From Lama guanicoe (lineage: Eukaryota): DNA of 64,000 bases. The notes below the pieces were generated by a model, which made no database searches, was not told the origin of the DNA, and was given only the letters and a program-made list of their open reading frames with translations. Positions 1 through 11,924 of the stretch are shown here, piece after piece. How positions within the stretch are numbered: position 1 is the first letter of the stretch; each line of letters begins with the position of its first letter. The stretch lies in contig MU053304.1 of the NCBI GenBank assembly GCA_013239625.1, positions 2,108,001 to 2,172,000 of the forward strand, read 5' to 3'. Both the position numbers and the translations under genes were made by a program.

Positions 1-822
1 GAAGCTAGACTGTAGAGCCTTGATGGGCACATCGAGCTTGGATTTTGTCTTAATTGTTGAGGTTGCTGGGAGTGTGGCAGGTGGGCCAAGTAGCAAGGGA
101 GACTGGTTTAGCTTGTAAGCTTCTAGCAGGTGAGAGTTACATCCCACACTCAGGCTGAATGGAAGTCAGCATTGCATCTTGCACGGATACATTGTTTTCC
201 CTGACACATTATTTTGGATGATTTGTTTCATATGACTGGTTTACGGAGGATCAGTCAAGTCTGTCTAGATCAGCCCAGTGGGTATCTAGAAGCTAATGTT
301 TCTCCCTGAGCTGTCCTTTGGTTTGTAAAAGAAAATACATACAGCAAAGCTTATTAAAATTCTGAGTAAAGTTATTATTTTCAACATTGAACTTTCTACA
401 AAAATATGGTTGGTTGCCAACTGACAATAGAGATGATCCTTCTGGCCATTGGGAGAAAAGAACGGTTCCTTAAGTTTCTTTACATCTCTTCCCCATGGTG
501 ATATTTTCTGCCTTGGGAAAAAAAAGCCTCCGTTTGTTTATCGTGCCCAACTTGGCAAGAATAGAAGAATCACAGAACTGAGGTAAAACATGATAATCAG
601 CTGTTCCAAAGTCTCCCAGCTTCAGAGTCGGCCTGGATAGTAGTAGGAATTTTTAAGCTTATTTCAGGTTTTCTAAGAACTTAACAGAAACTATATATTT
701 TCTTATGATAAGATCACGCAAGAAGTGCAATAAGCTATTGCTTTTGACAAGGATTTAACAGCTTAATGTGCTAACCTTGCCCATATCTTGCTGATTGGAA
801 GCTCTGATTAGCAGTCAGAGAT

Positions 823-1010
823 GTCTGTCCCTCTGTACTCTTAGGGGGTTGGTTCCAGGATCCCCTGCAGACACCCAAATCCAAGGATGCTCAAGTTCCT
901 TATAGTATAAAATGATACAGTACAGTTGGCCCTCCGTATCCACGGGTTCCACATCCACTGAATCAACCAACCCCGTGGATGTGGAATCCGTGGATACGGA
1001 GGGCCAACGG
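823..1010 (+). mobile_element. TcMar-Tigger (MER2-like) non-autonomous DNA transposon with internal hairpin
   Basis: ggttccaggatcccctgcagacacccaaatccaaggatgctcaagttcct and ...ccgtggatacggagggccaac match the MER2/Tigger ends. Confidence 0.85.
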
Positions 1011-3234
1011 TGTTATATATACGTCTTTTAATAAGGAAATGAGAAGACAGCTGAAGTCTTATTTTATAAGCAGTTCTTTTGGTGGTAAAAATATTTTCAA
1101 ATATTCCTTAAGAGACATGCAAATAAAAACGATCTTTGGAAAGAATTGTTGGGAAGCAATTTCATTCTCTCCCCTCACTTTGGTTGATGAAGCAGTGGAG
1201 GTGTGAGAGTTAAGCCATGGGGGTCTGGCCAGTAGTCAGGATCTCTCTCACCTCAACACCTGTTTAGTCCTCCAGGGTGCCCCAGACACTTTGTTTGAGC
1301 TGTTGAAGATGTATACCCTCAAATATTTTTGATCAATATGAGGAACACGTATTTTTCAAATTCTCTCCCTGTATTCTGCCTCTCCCAGTCTTCCAGTGAA
1401 TCTCAGGGAATGCAGATCCTTTTATTTTTGGCACAACAGGCCGGGGGGAGGAGGGGTACCTAATTACACGGAACTATGATAATGCAGTTGCGCAGTAAGA
1501 CAACAAAAGCCTATAAGTGTTTGCCAGAAAGCAGGCAGGTTGTCCTTTAAAGAATCATCACCATCATCATCGTCTGGACACCTTTGTGTTCATTTTCTCG
1601 CACGTCAGTACCACCGTCTTGCTGCTGTGACTCTCCGTGAGCCCCACTGCTTCCTTCTGAGAACTCAGGATGTGAAACCGCGGAGGGGACCTCCTCGGAG
1701 AAAGCAGACCTGTTTGCTAAGACACCAGCCCGGGCAGAGCGTCCTCAAACCACTTTTAAACATTCTCTTAACCAGTGTTTTCTCCTGTGTAATGAAAGAA
1801 AATATTGAAAAGGAGAAATATGCTTTTTAAGGGAAACAAATTGCCGTTATTTGAATCAAAGGGAAGTACACAGCCAGCCTGCATTTCAGCAAGACAGCTC
1901 ACATGTAAATTGCAGCTAATTCTAGAAACGGAATGTTGCAGGCACATTACCGGTGTCTGGGGTGAAGGAATGGAGTATGTAAAATGTTGACCTTTTGGAC
2001 GATGGAATAAAAGATGTGAAAAATATTGAGAGTTTATTTTTCAAGTTATTTGCTTCTATTTTGGTTTAAATAAACTCAGAGCCTATGGCGTGAGACAGAG
2101 ATTTAGAAAAAGCTGAAGTAAGTGAAATATGATGGAAATTTGACATTTAAATGCAGCATGCTTCTTCAAAAGACAGAACATGCATAACAATGTCACCTCC
2201 AGACAGAACACAGTGTCTGAAATGCAGTGAGTCCTCCTGCCCGGGTAGTTTATCATCACAATACCCCAGGCCCTGGGCCGTGTGGTCCTGTGTCAGCCAA
2301 GTCTTGTGACATCGATGGGAGATCCAGCCAGGCCTGGCCTTCCATCTTCTTTTCCTACTCGGCTTTTTCGCTGGGGATGGGAAGTTCACGTTTCAAAATA
2401 ATTGTTAAGGGCAATTTAGGAATGCTGAGGTTGGGCAGCTCCATCTGCTCATTGGTGAGTAAACGATGGAGGGGAGAATTCTTCCTGCAAAATGAGCCCA
2501 CTCAGCTCTGAAGGGATCTGAATCTGCCTCCCCCCCGCACATCCATCTAGGTGGACCGCGAAACCAAGCAGAGCCCTAGCCGCCACTCTTGTGCCTTCTC
2601 AAAGATCATTTCTGGCCTCTAACCAAACCGGAGTTTGCTGCTTTTTCCTTTCTGCACAAAACCTTTAGGCTTTTCATGTACCTTTATGCGCAAGTTTTAA
2701 AAGCTGTGGATAGACCCACTGCCTTTTTTTCCATTTAAGAAAATACACGTAATGCAAGCTGGACGACCCTTCAAAGGAGCTCTTTCCTGTCGTGATCACC
2801 AGCTCTCTAAGTTGCCTGTTTTGACATTGGTAGCTGTGAGCCTTCCTGGCGCTGAGGCCAACAGGGTGTGCCGGCGTCTCAGAGCTGCATCTATACAGAC
2901 AGTGGACACGTGCTGAAGGGCTAGTGGTCTTGGCTGCTTTTGCATAAGACATTCAGAAGAATGCAGATGTGTCTCCATCCTGCAGTGATGGGCTCGATGC
3001 ACGGAGTCGTGCCCAAAGTCAGAGCCCTTCTGGGTGGCTGACACTGACAGTCGGTGTCTCAGAAGAAGCAGCGAGGGCCTTTTAAGAGGCTGTATGCTCC
3101 ATGGTTAAGAGTAGTCTTTGAAGACAGAGAGTTGTGAAGCTAACTAACAGCAAACCGTTTAGCGGATTATGTAAGAATGAAATTGTTAGTATTTATTTCG
3201 CATTCTCCAAATCTATGTGCCAGTCATTGTTTAT

Positions 3235-3330
3235 GTGTGTATTTGTGTGTGTGTATGTGTGCATATATATTGTTTGTGTGTATAAATACATATATACATA
3301 CACATATGTGTGTGTGTGTGTGTGTGTGTA
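3235..3330. repeat. (TG)n/(TA)n compound microsatellite
   Basis: Direct reading: tgtgtgtgtgtgtgtgtgtgtg and mixed TA/CA runs. Confidence 0.9.
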
Positions 3331-3360
3331 CACAATTTATCCTTATAACAACCCTAAAAG

Positions 3361-3540
3361 GGGAACTGTATTCAATATCTTGTAGTAGCTTACGGTGAAA
3401 AAGAATATGAAAACGAATATATGAATGTATATGTATGACTGAAGCATTGTGCTGTACACCAGAAATTGATACAACGTTGTAAAGTGACTATACGTCAATT
3501 AAAAAATAGGAAAAAAACCCCAAAATCAACAGCAACAAAA
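3361..3540 (+). mobile_element. 5'-truncated L1 3' end (camelid-type) with TSD, inserted in a MIR
   Basis: gggaactgtattcaatatcttgta...gctgtacaccagaaattgatacaac...gactatac-A-rich tail; flanked by aaccctaaaagg (3350-3361) and aaccctgaaagg (3541-3552). Confidence 0.8.
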
Positions 3541-3690
3541 AACCCTGAAAGGTAGAGAACACTAGGACCTCCTTTGTGTGAATTAGGAAAAACATTCATA
3601 GAACTTAAATAACCTGCCCAAGGTCACACAGCCAGCTGGTGGCAGAACTTGGCTGAGCCCAGGGACCCTAGGGCCAGAGGCTGTCCTCAT
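3541..3690 (-). mobile_element. MIR fragment
   Basis: ttaaataacctgcccaaggtcacacagccagctggtggcaga MIR core. Confidence 0.7.
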
Positions 3691-4185
3691 TCACAGCATC
3701 CTTCTGTCCACCGTGTGGTACTCAGAGTGACTGAAGAGAAGGCTGCTCTTCTGGGAACTGTTTGTTTCAACTCTGAGTGAGGTGAGGAGCTGGTAAATAA
3801 ATCACATCCTTCAGCACAGTGTTCAGTTCCTAAGACTTTTTTTTTTTCCACAGGAAGACTTCAGTGAAGAAAGTAGTGCATTGATTGGCGTTTCTGCACA
3901 CACATCACAGGAAGTGGCAAATCGATCTTTTGAGTGTGTCTGGTCTATACAGAATTTCTTTGTCTGAAAATAGGACCGGTGAACCTCCCTCAAAGTGTCC
4001 CCGGGAAGATTTAATGAGAACATGTGCACAAGGGACATCAAACAAAATGCTCCAGAAGTTCCTTTCTGTCTCTACCTTCTCATCTCTTTCCTGCCTCCAC
4101 AAATTCTTTTTAAAAAAGAAATCTCAGAGTGAAGAAAGAAAAGTTAGCACAAGGTTATCTTTCCCATGAGTTTGTAGAACACTGT

Positions 4186-4358
4186 AGAGCACAGGGGTCT
4201 GTATTCAGTATCTTATAATAACCTATAATAACAAAGAATATGAAAACAAATATATATATATATGTTTACATATGACTGAAGAATTGTGCTGTACACCAGA
4301 AATTGATGCAGCATTGTAAACTGACTATATTTCAATTTAAAAAAAAAGGAAAAAAAAG
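4186..4358 (+). mobile_element. 5'-truncated L1 3' end (same family as 3361-3540)
   Basis: agcacagggg..tattcagtatctt...gctgtacaccagaaattgatgcagcattgtaaactgactatatttcaat plus A tail. Confidence 0.8.
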
Positions 4359-5404
4359 AAGTTTAGAAGTGGAAACTTTTGGAAACTTCCACAGCACTAT
4401 TTCTAGTAAACTCAACCGGAAGCATTACTTTAAAAACTTTTCCTTAGCACATTAATTCTCATAATCTTTTTCTTTTAATCAGGAAAAGAATTTCTCCATA
4501 ATAGACCATGCTTGGAATCATTTCCAGGCCTCTTCCTTTTCACCTTGAAAACCACTGAGAGAGAAATAAAACTGTGAATAACAATTCTTTGCTTACCAGA
4601 AGGTTAATTTTTCAATGTGGAAATGGCTTGAAATACATATATGTATCATTTTATATTGTATATGCAGTGCTATACATTAATCTTTGTAGCCTGCCATGGG
4701 TAAGGACCATTATTCTCACATTCACCCATTTCACATCCCAATTTCAATTCCAGTGCTTGGAAATACACGGGCCCTTGGGCACTCTAGGTCCTCTGTCACC
4801 CTGCTGGAGGTTGCCGTATCATTCTACTGTGCGGTAAATACAGAAGGAATTTACACATGTTGATATCCGCCTTTCCAAGGCTATTGCTTTAGCAGGGATT
4901 GGAAGGAGAAGTTTTCTGCGTGGGAGCCACATGTGCAGTGGAGATCCCAGCCTAAATTCCCGCCTCCCATCCCCCACCCCACCATCCAAAATGAATTGGA
5001 GAGTTGGCCGCGTTAAGTCAATCACTTCAAATTCAGACAGACTCAGTACATGCTTCAAGTTATCATTTATCCCATGGTTTCCACATGAATTAGCAACTAA
5101 TAAAACCTCTGAACTGTCATGTCGACAAGGTGGGCCCACACTCACTGGCGCAGGAAAGCGTCTAGCAGACACTTCCGTCTCGACCCTGACAATGCTCACT
5201 TCAGCTCCAAGATCAAAAACTCTGGGGAATCGCTCTCAGAGAATGACTTAGGATACAATTTTTTCATGGGAAAAAATTGTCCAGGAAAGGGGCACCTCCA
5301 AACATCCCTCCCATGGACCTCCCATGCCCACACCCCGCTTCTTCCCCAGCCCTCCATCCTCATTCCCGTGGAATCTGTAGCCACTAGAAAAACCAAAGGT
5401 CCCA

Positions 5405-5615
5405 GGGTGGCACTGCCCAGCACGGTAGGCACTAACCACACGTGATGATTTAAATTTAAATTAATTAAAATTCACTAAAATGTAAAATTCAATTCTCTGC
5501 CATACTAGCCACATTCCAAGTGCCTAATTGCCGCCTGTGGCTAGTGGCTACTCTACTGGACGGTGCAGATAAAAAACATTTCCATCACTGAAGAAAGTTC
5601 TATAGGTCAGCACTG
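5405..5615. mobile_element. MER3-like hAT-Charlie element
   Basis: actagccacattccaagtgcctaat..tgtggctagtggctactctactggacggtgcagataaaaaacatttccatcactgaagaaagttctat. Confidence 0.8.
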
Positions 5616-5623
5616 TTCTAGAA

Positions 5624-6085
5624 CAGTGGTTCTCAAATGTCACTGTGCATAAGGACTGCCCGGAAATCTTGTCAAAAATGCAGATTCTCAAATCTCATTC
5701 TCAGTAGGTCCCAGGGGTACCTAACAATGAAAACAATTACATTTCAAGCACAGTCTACTAATCAGATTTTGATAAATACTGTCCACTAGGGTTAAAAATA
5801 TTTGCTATTTTTTGGAACAGTGTTTCTCAAACTATGGTGAAACACTATTAAAACATTTTTTTTCCAGTCCTTCATGGACCAGTATAATAATAAGGAATTA
5901 CTAGAAAAATAAAATTTAAAAATAAAACATACAAAATACAAAACATATAAAATATAAAATTCCCTTTTATTATTAGATTGAAAGGACATAGAATTGCACT
6001 GCAAACATGCTCTACCAATGTCTAAACGCTTCCTTCCAATTTCTGGACTTGTCTGTTCTCGGACCTCAGTTGGAGAAGCAGTGTG
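5624..6085. mobile_element. MER5A-like and adjacent hAT-Charlie fragments
   Basis: cagtggttctcaaa...aaaaatgcagattctc (MER5A) and a second cagtgtttctcaaact terminus at ~5818. Confidence 0.6.
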
Positions 6086-6809
6086 CAAACTAAACAAACT
6101 AAGGGATCTGCATTAATAAAGGAACAGACCCAGGCTTATTTACTTTTCCAGTAAAGATGAGGGATAACTCAGGGATTCACATTTGCTTCTTGTAATCTCA
6201 TATTTTTTCCATTAAAAATTTTAACTTCTGTTTCGATTTCTTACGTCACTGAAAAGAAAAAAGTCTTGTATGTGTTTGTTTTTTCTAAGATGGAAAATAA
6301 CCTGAGTAGCTGAGTTTTATTATACAAAAGCCAAGAAAGGAATTGTAGGAGGAAGACTGGGTGGTGGATGCAGTGAAAGAGAACAAGACCCATACCTGGG
6401 GGACTTTGGAAAGAGGAAGAGGAGGAGAGGAAGAAGATAAGAAGAAAAAGAAAGTGGGAAGCCACTAGGGAGTTGCTCCTGAATCTACCCAGGATACTGG
6501 TCCAGTTGCTGGTAATCTCCCCAAGGCTCCAGGTGTTCACTTGAGCTTGAGTCCTCTGAGGATGCTTGTGGCTGATGGTGTCTCCTTCCCCTGGCACTTG
6601 CTGGGTAGGCTCTGTGTACCTCTGGAGGATAAAGATTCAGGCATTTGTGATGATGCTTTTAAAAGCGCTCACTTGTGGAAGCTACAGAGAGCAGAGCTGT
6701 CCGCCCAGGCGGCCTGAGGGGAGGGAGGAGGCAGGAACAAACGGAATGGTAATTTCTTAATGGCATCAAAAAACTAATGAGTGAGCACATTTCCTGTGTG
6801 GGTCAAGCT

Positions 6810-7028
6810 TTCAAATCAGGGTCTAAAAAAGTCACACGTTGCATTTGATTGCTAATTTTCATAAGTCTCTTTTCATCTGTAGATTTCCTTGTCGTGAATT
6901 TGTGGAAGAAACCTGGTCATGTGTCCTGTGGTTTCCACATTCTGGATTTTGCTGGCTGCATTCCACTTGTGTTGCTTAACATGTTCCCTTGTCTCCCACA
7001 TCTCCTGCAAAACAGTGGTTAGATCTAG
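6810..7028 (-). mobile_element. Old L1 (L1MC/ME) 3' fragment
   Basis: gttgcatttgattgc..gaagaaacctggtcatgtgtcctgt..ttccacattctggattttgctggctgcattcc...gtggttagatctaga. Confidence 0.65.
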
Positions 7029-7031
7029 ATC

Positions 7032-7905
7032 AGCACTATCCGATAGAAATGTAATGTGAGTCACATATATAATTTTAAGTTTTCAAATAGTCCCTTAAAA
7101 AAGACAAAGAAACAGGTGAAATTAATTGTACAATAATTTTATTCAAGATAATTGACATAGTAAACTGCACACATTTAGAGTGTGCAATTTGAAACCATCA
7201 CCACAATTAAGATATTCAACATAGCCATCATCCCCCCAAAATTTTTCATGTCACTTGGTAATCCCTTCCTTTTGTCCTATACTTTTTCACATTCACAGAC
7301 AATGACTGAGCTGTCTTCTGTCACTGCAGATTAGCTTGCCTTTCCTAGGATTTTATAGAAATAGAATCATACAATATATATTCATCCTTATCTCTTTTCA
7401 CTCCACATAATTATTTTGAGGCTCATCTGTATTGATGCATGTATCAACAATTCATTCCTTTTTTCTTGGAGAGTATTATTCCATTGTATAAATATACTGA
7501 AATATCACAATTTGTTTATCCATCAACCTGTTGATGGACATTTGAGGTCTTTCTAATTTTTAGCTATTTCAAATAAAGCTGCTGTGAATTTTTGTGCACA
7601 AGGATTTTATAGACAGATACTTTCTTTTCTCTTGGGTAAATTTCTAGGAGTGGAATGACTGGGTCATGTGGTAGATGTACGCTTAACTTTTTAGGAAACA
7701 GCTAAACTGTTTTCCAAAGTGGTTGTACCGTTTGACATTGCCATTAGCAGCAAGTCAAATGAATTTTTATATTATATTTCATTTAACTCAATATATCAGA
7801 AACATTATCATTGCAATATATATCAAAATGTTATTAATGAAGTATTTTACTTTCATAACACTGTCTTTGACAGCCCATGTGTATCTTGAACTTACAACAC
7901 ATCCA
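7032..7905. mobile_element. MER33-like hAT element split by an L1 insertion (~7135-7755)
   Basis: cagcactatccgatagaaatgtaatgtgagtcacatatataattttaag...aaagaaacaggtgaaattaat, resuming with tatatttcatttaactcaatatatcagaaacattatcatt. Confidence 0.7.
7135..7755 (-). mobile_element. L1MB/MC 3' fragment
   Basis: tttgtttatccatcaacctgttgatggacatttg...aataaagctgctgtgaat...aaactgttttccaaagtggttgtacc. Confidence 0.85.
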
Positions 7906-7929
7906 AAGAAGGGAATAATACAATTTTAA

Positions 7930-8070
7930 AGCTGGAACAGAGCTTAGAGGTAAATTAACCCAAATAATTTATTTTACAGGTGAGGGAAGTGAATCCAGGA
8001 GAGGTGAAGTGACTTTCTCAAAATCACACAGTGGCGGGGCTGGGGTTAGAGCCCAGGCCTGGGCACTCTA
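7930..8070 (-). mobile_element. MIR
   Basis: attttacaggtgagggaagtgaatccaggagaggtgaagtgactttctcaaaatcacacag. Confidence 0.7.
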
Positions 8071-8952
8071 CCCACACTGGTGTGGAGGCTGAAGACCTTA
8101 AGCTTTTCTGCATTTCATGATGATATCATGGCGAAGGTTTTGTTTTTCCTAATGACTTTCTAGATCTTAGTGCTTCATGGCTCTTACAGTTTATAAGAAG
8201 AGGAAATCCTCACGATTAATCTTAAAGGCAGCTTTTAATGTCTTTGAAAGCCTGTGTTGGTCACAGGCTGAGGGTGGCAACTACTGCCCGGCCCTTCTGT
8301 GCTTGCAAAAAACAGTCTCATTACCTCAGGACAGTTCTGTCCTGGTATGTCCTCTGTCCCGAGGCCTGTGAGTTAGCCTGTGAAACAGTTGGCTTTTGAT
8401 GATTTCTCAGTGTGATTGGACAACATTCTCATTATTTCTCTGCTTCTCTTAGGAGTGAGCTCCAGAAAGATTGTCTTTTGTAACTTGAATCTGCACAAGT
8501 ACACGTACATGGACCCACAAACATTCCCATTAACAGAGCGGCCACTGCCCGAAAGCTTCCACCAGCAATAATGATACCCTTTGCTTCTTTGAAAGACTTT
8601 GAAAATTAATGTTTCTCACTATAATTAAATAACTGAGCTATTTCCTGTCATAAGGAGAAAAAAAAGCAAATAGTATAAATAGTTTTAAAACACAAAACAG
8701 GACAATGTTAGAGGCACATCATGTACAAATTTAAATTTCTGGAAGCTTCCAGGAACAGTCTCTGTGAAACACTGAATTGGGCCTTAGGGGCTGCTCGGGG
8801 CGGGAAGGACTGGGGCAGAAATAGTTGCCTTGTTCAGGAAAGGACGTGGTGATACCACCCGAGCAATAAGGGCTAATGCGGATGTAACAAGAGGGAATCA
8901 GTTCCACCAAATCCACATTTTTTTACCCTTTTGTAGCTTCAAGGTCACCTCA

Positions 8953-9355
8953 TATCTCAGGTCAGGTTCTCTGGGAGACAGGCTCTGAAGCAGAGACTTA
9001 CGGGCAGGGGGTTTACCGGGGAGCTCTCTAGGGGGCCCACCTGCAGGGGGCAGAAGCAGGGAGGGGCAAAGGAGGAGGTTACACAGTGATGGAGTTGTAA
9101 CAGAAGCCTGGCTGACCCTGGAGGGAGCTCTGGAACCGGATGGCTCTTTAGAGGTGCCCCTGCACTGAGCTAGAGCTTTGTGTCCCTGCATCAGCGAGTC
9201 GTTGTATGGGGACTGTCTCAGAGACAGGACATGGCCTTAGACAAGTCAGCCTCCCTTGGCTGAGAACAGAGCCCAGAGCGGAACCCAGCTGTGAGCTGTC
9301 AGCAGTCATGGTGGCAGGAGCAACGTCGGGGCTTCTGAACTCAGCATCCACCACC
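8953..9355 (-). mobile_element. LTR16-type ERVL LTR (3' LTR of provirus)
   Basis: tctcaggtcaggttctctgggag..gcagagactt..gggagctctgga..ggatggc..cagcatccaccac; adjacent PPT-like GGGGTGG on the minus strand at ~9358-9364. Confidence 0.75.
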
Positions 9356-9885
9356 AGCCACCCCTGCGTGGCTCAGCTCGACTTCCTTCATAGTAAGATC
9401 AGCCCATCCAGCTTCTTCCTAGGTCTCTTCCCCTGAAGAAGCCACCGGAGAAAGGTTAGTGGGACCAAACACAGCCTCGCCAATGCAGCTGGAGTCAACG
9501 CCCCACTGATGTTCATCGCCTCCCCCCTCCACCACCTGCTCTGGATTCCATTCACCCTGGACTGGCCACTCAGCTGGTCTTAGCGGCTTACTTGGTGAGA
9601 TGACCATCACGCCTGAGGGAATCTCGACCCCGGATCACCAAGTCCTTCTCAGGCCACGGCTTCTGCACTTATCTATTTACCCTAAAAACTGGGCAGAGGA
9701 GTGCTAAGAGACAGCCCAGTGCATCACACGGATGCCAAAATATATCCTTCTCTGCCCCAACCTGTGAGCGCAGCCCTGCGCCTGCTTGATGATGCAGGTC
9801 GGTTACCTCTGCAGCAGAGTGAATCCTTGCCTTGGGAGCTGATTTCTGGGCATGTAGAATCAGAGGTGACTGGGCAACAGCTCTC
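9356..9885 (-). mobile_element. ERVL internal region, dUTPase/pol 3' remnant
   Basis: Minus-strand peptides AEVTDLHHQAGAGLRSQVGAEKDIFWHPCDALGCLLALLCPVFRVNR and PSKPLRPAEWPVQGEWNPEQVVEGGGDEHQ resemble recalled HERV-L ..GVIDPDYQDEISLLLHNGGKEEYAWNTGDPLGRLLVLPCPVIKVNG.. and ..PGKKPRPAEVLAEGKGNTEWVVEEGSHQYQ. Confidence 0.8.
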
Positions 9886-11010
9886 ACTTAAATTAAAAAA
9901 AATTAAACTCTTTCGAGCTCCAGTTTATGCAGAATTAAATGCATGTGTATTAAAAAGTATACAGTTTGACAAGTTTGGACTCATCACCACCACAATCGAG
10001 AAATAGACTATTACATGCCAGAAACTTCCCTCCTATCCATTTGATTTCAATTATCTCCCCCTAAACTAGGAAACGACTGACCTTCTCTCTGTCAGTACAT
10101 GTCTGTAGGTAAGCTTTGCCTTTTCTAGAACTTGATGGAAATGGAGTTATATAATATATAGTCTTTGATGTCTGGCTTCTTTTGCTCAGCAGAACACTTT
10201 TAAGAGCCTCCGTGTTGCCCTAGCAGTCTGTTCCTTTTGAGTGCTGAGTATCCCACTGAAGGCCATGCCACAGGGTGTTCAATCGTTTACCTGCTGATTG
10301 ATATTTGGGTTGTTTCCGGCTTGATCTAGGATAAATAATGTTGCTGTGAACCCTTATGTACAAGTTTTTGTGTGAACGCAGGTCTTCATTTTCTTGGGTA
10401 TCTCTCTAGACATGCCAATTGCTGGGTCCTATGATAAGCACCTGGTCAACCTCAAAAGACACTGTCCAGCTGTATTCGGAAATGGTTGTGCCATTTGATC
10501 TCTCCAGCAGCCATGTCGGAGAGTCCCAGCAACTCTGCTCTTTTTTCCTCAGATTCTTAAGGTAGAAGCTTAGATAATTGAGTCTAGACATATTTTATTC
10601 TCTAAATATAAGCCTTTAAGACTGTATACTCCTCTCTTAAGGTTGCTTTAGCGTCGTGCAATAATTTTGAGAGGCTGATTTTTACTGTTCTCAATTAAAA
10701 TATTAAAAAATATCCTTTGTGATTTCATCTTTGATTTGCACATGATTTAACAGTGTGTAGTTTAATTTCCAAATATTTGTGGATTTTCCAGGCATTTCTC
10801 TGTTAGTGATTTCCAAATTAATTCTGATTTGGCTAGACAACACATTCTGTATGATTTCAGTTCTTTTCAAGTTACCAAGGCTTACGTTCCAGAGCAGTAT
10901 ATGAGTATATGGTCTGTGTGTATGGGTGAATATTCAAGTACACTTAAAAAGAATGTATATTCTGCTTTTGTTGCAGGCAGTATCATATGAAATCAATTAC
11001 ATTAAAATAG
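9886..11010 (-). mobile_element. L1M fragments inserted in the ERVL provirus
   Basis: tttgccttttctagaactt..aatggagttatataatatatagtcttt..tctggcttcttttgctcagca; gtttaatttccaaatatttgtggattttcca; aaaagaatgtatattctgc. Confidence 0.8.
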
Positions 11011-11600
11011 TTACTTTGCAAAGCAGAGTTCAATCCATCTTGATTGAGGAGAGCACCTCTTCTCTTAGCTCAGGGGGCTCCCAGAATGTGGGAATTCAAG
11101 ACTTCCAAAGGCATCCATCTGTGTTCCCCACCCAAGCCTCAGGGTCTCCCTTCTTCACAATCAGAGTCCTGAACTCTGCACAGCACTTTGTAGAGTGGAG
11201 AATTCAACCTTCTCCAGAGTTTCACTCCTCTTGTAACTAATTTCTGGGCCTGATCTCAGCCTTCTCCACCATTTAGGTGCAGGAGATGTGAGTCTCTTTA
11301 TACGCTGGGAAGGAGGCACCCTGGACGTAATCACCTGCTGCGTTTGTCTTTCTCCAGTGCATCCACAGCACTCACAATAGCCATCTGATTCCATAATCCT
11401 CATAATTACTGTTACCCCTAAAACTGTCTAGTGCCTGAGACACTGCATCCATCAGCGCATTCCCTTCCATTTGTATCCCATGTCATTCACCCCCAGTGAC
11501 AGTTTTAACAATCACACAGCCACCGCATCCAGAGATGATCAGTACTGTATCTATTGCCATCTGGTCCTGCTCTCAAATCCTCACTTTGGAGGCTGTAAGC
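11011..11600 (-). mobile_element. ERVL internal region, gag 5' remnant
   Basis: Minus strand gattatggaatcagatggctattg..gctgtggatgcactggagaaag (DYGIRWLL..AVDALEK) resembles an ERVL gag N-terminal motif. Confidence 0.6.
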
Positions 11601-11924
11601 AAGTGAGGGAAACGTGTTTGGACCAGACCAGAGGTTGAACTGTGAAGCAGCGGCAACCAAAGCTTTGGCTGATCCAATCGGAGGTGCTGGGATAACTGCC
11701 TTCTGATGAGGTCTTTGAATCCCACATTGATCGATTATTGGAAGTGGCCTGCCCCTGGGGAGGGGACATATTGGGCAAGAAGACTCCGCAACGCCAGGAG
11801 ACGGACTCAGCTGTGGACCATGCGCTCGTCCTCCCGTCGGCGGCCAATACTCCTTGTTGCTAAGGCAACGAACACAGTGAGCCTGAGGCGGGTGTCCAGA
11901 CGGCACATCAGAACATCCACTGCA
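11600..11924 (-). mobile_element. LTR16-type ERVL LTR (5' LTR, partial)
   Basis: gaggttgaactgtgaagcagc..ttggctgatcc..tgatcgattattggaagtggcctgcccctggggagggg..aacatccactgca parallels the 8953-9355 LTR. Confidence 0.65.

Noticed and set aside
4819..5445. Cluster of overlapping 80-126-aa ORFs
   Set aside because: No homology recognised; ORFs occur on both strands without splice support.
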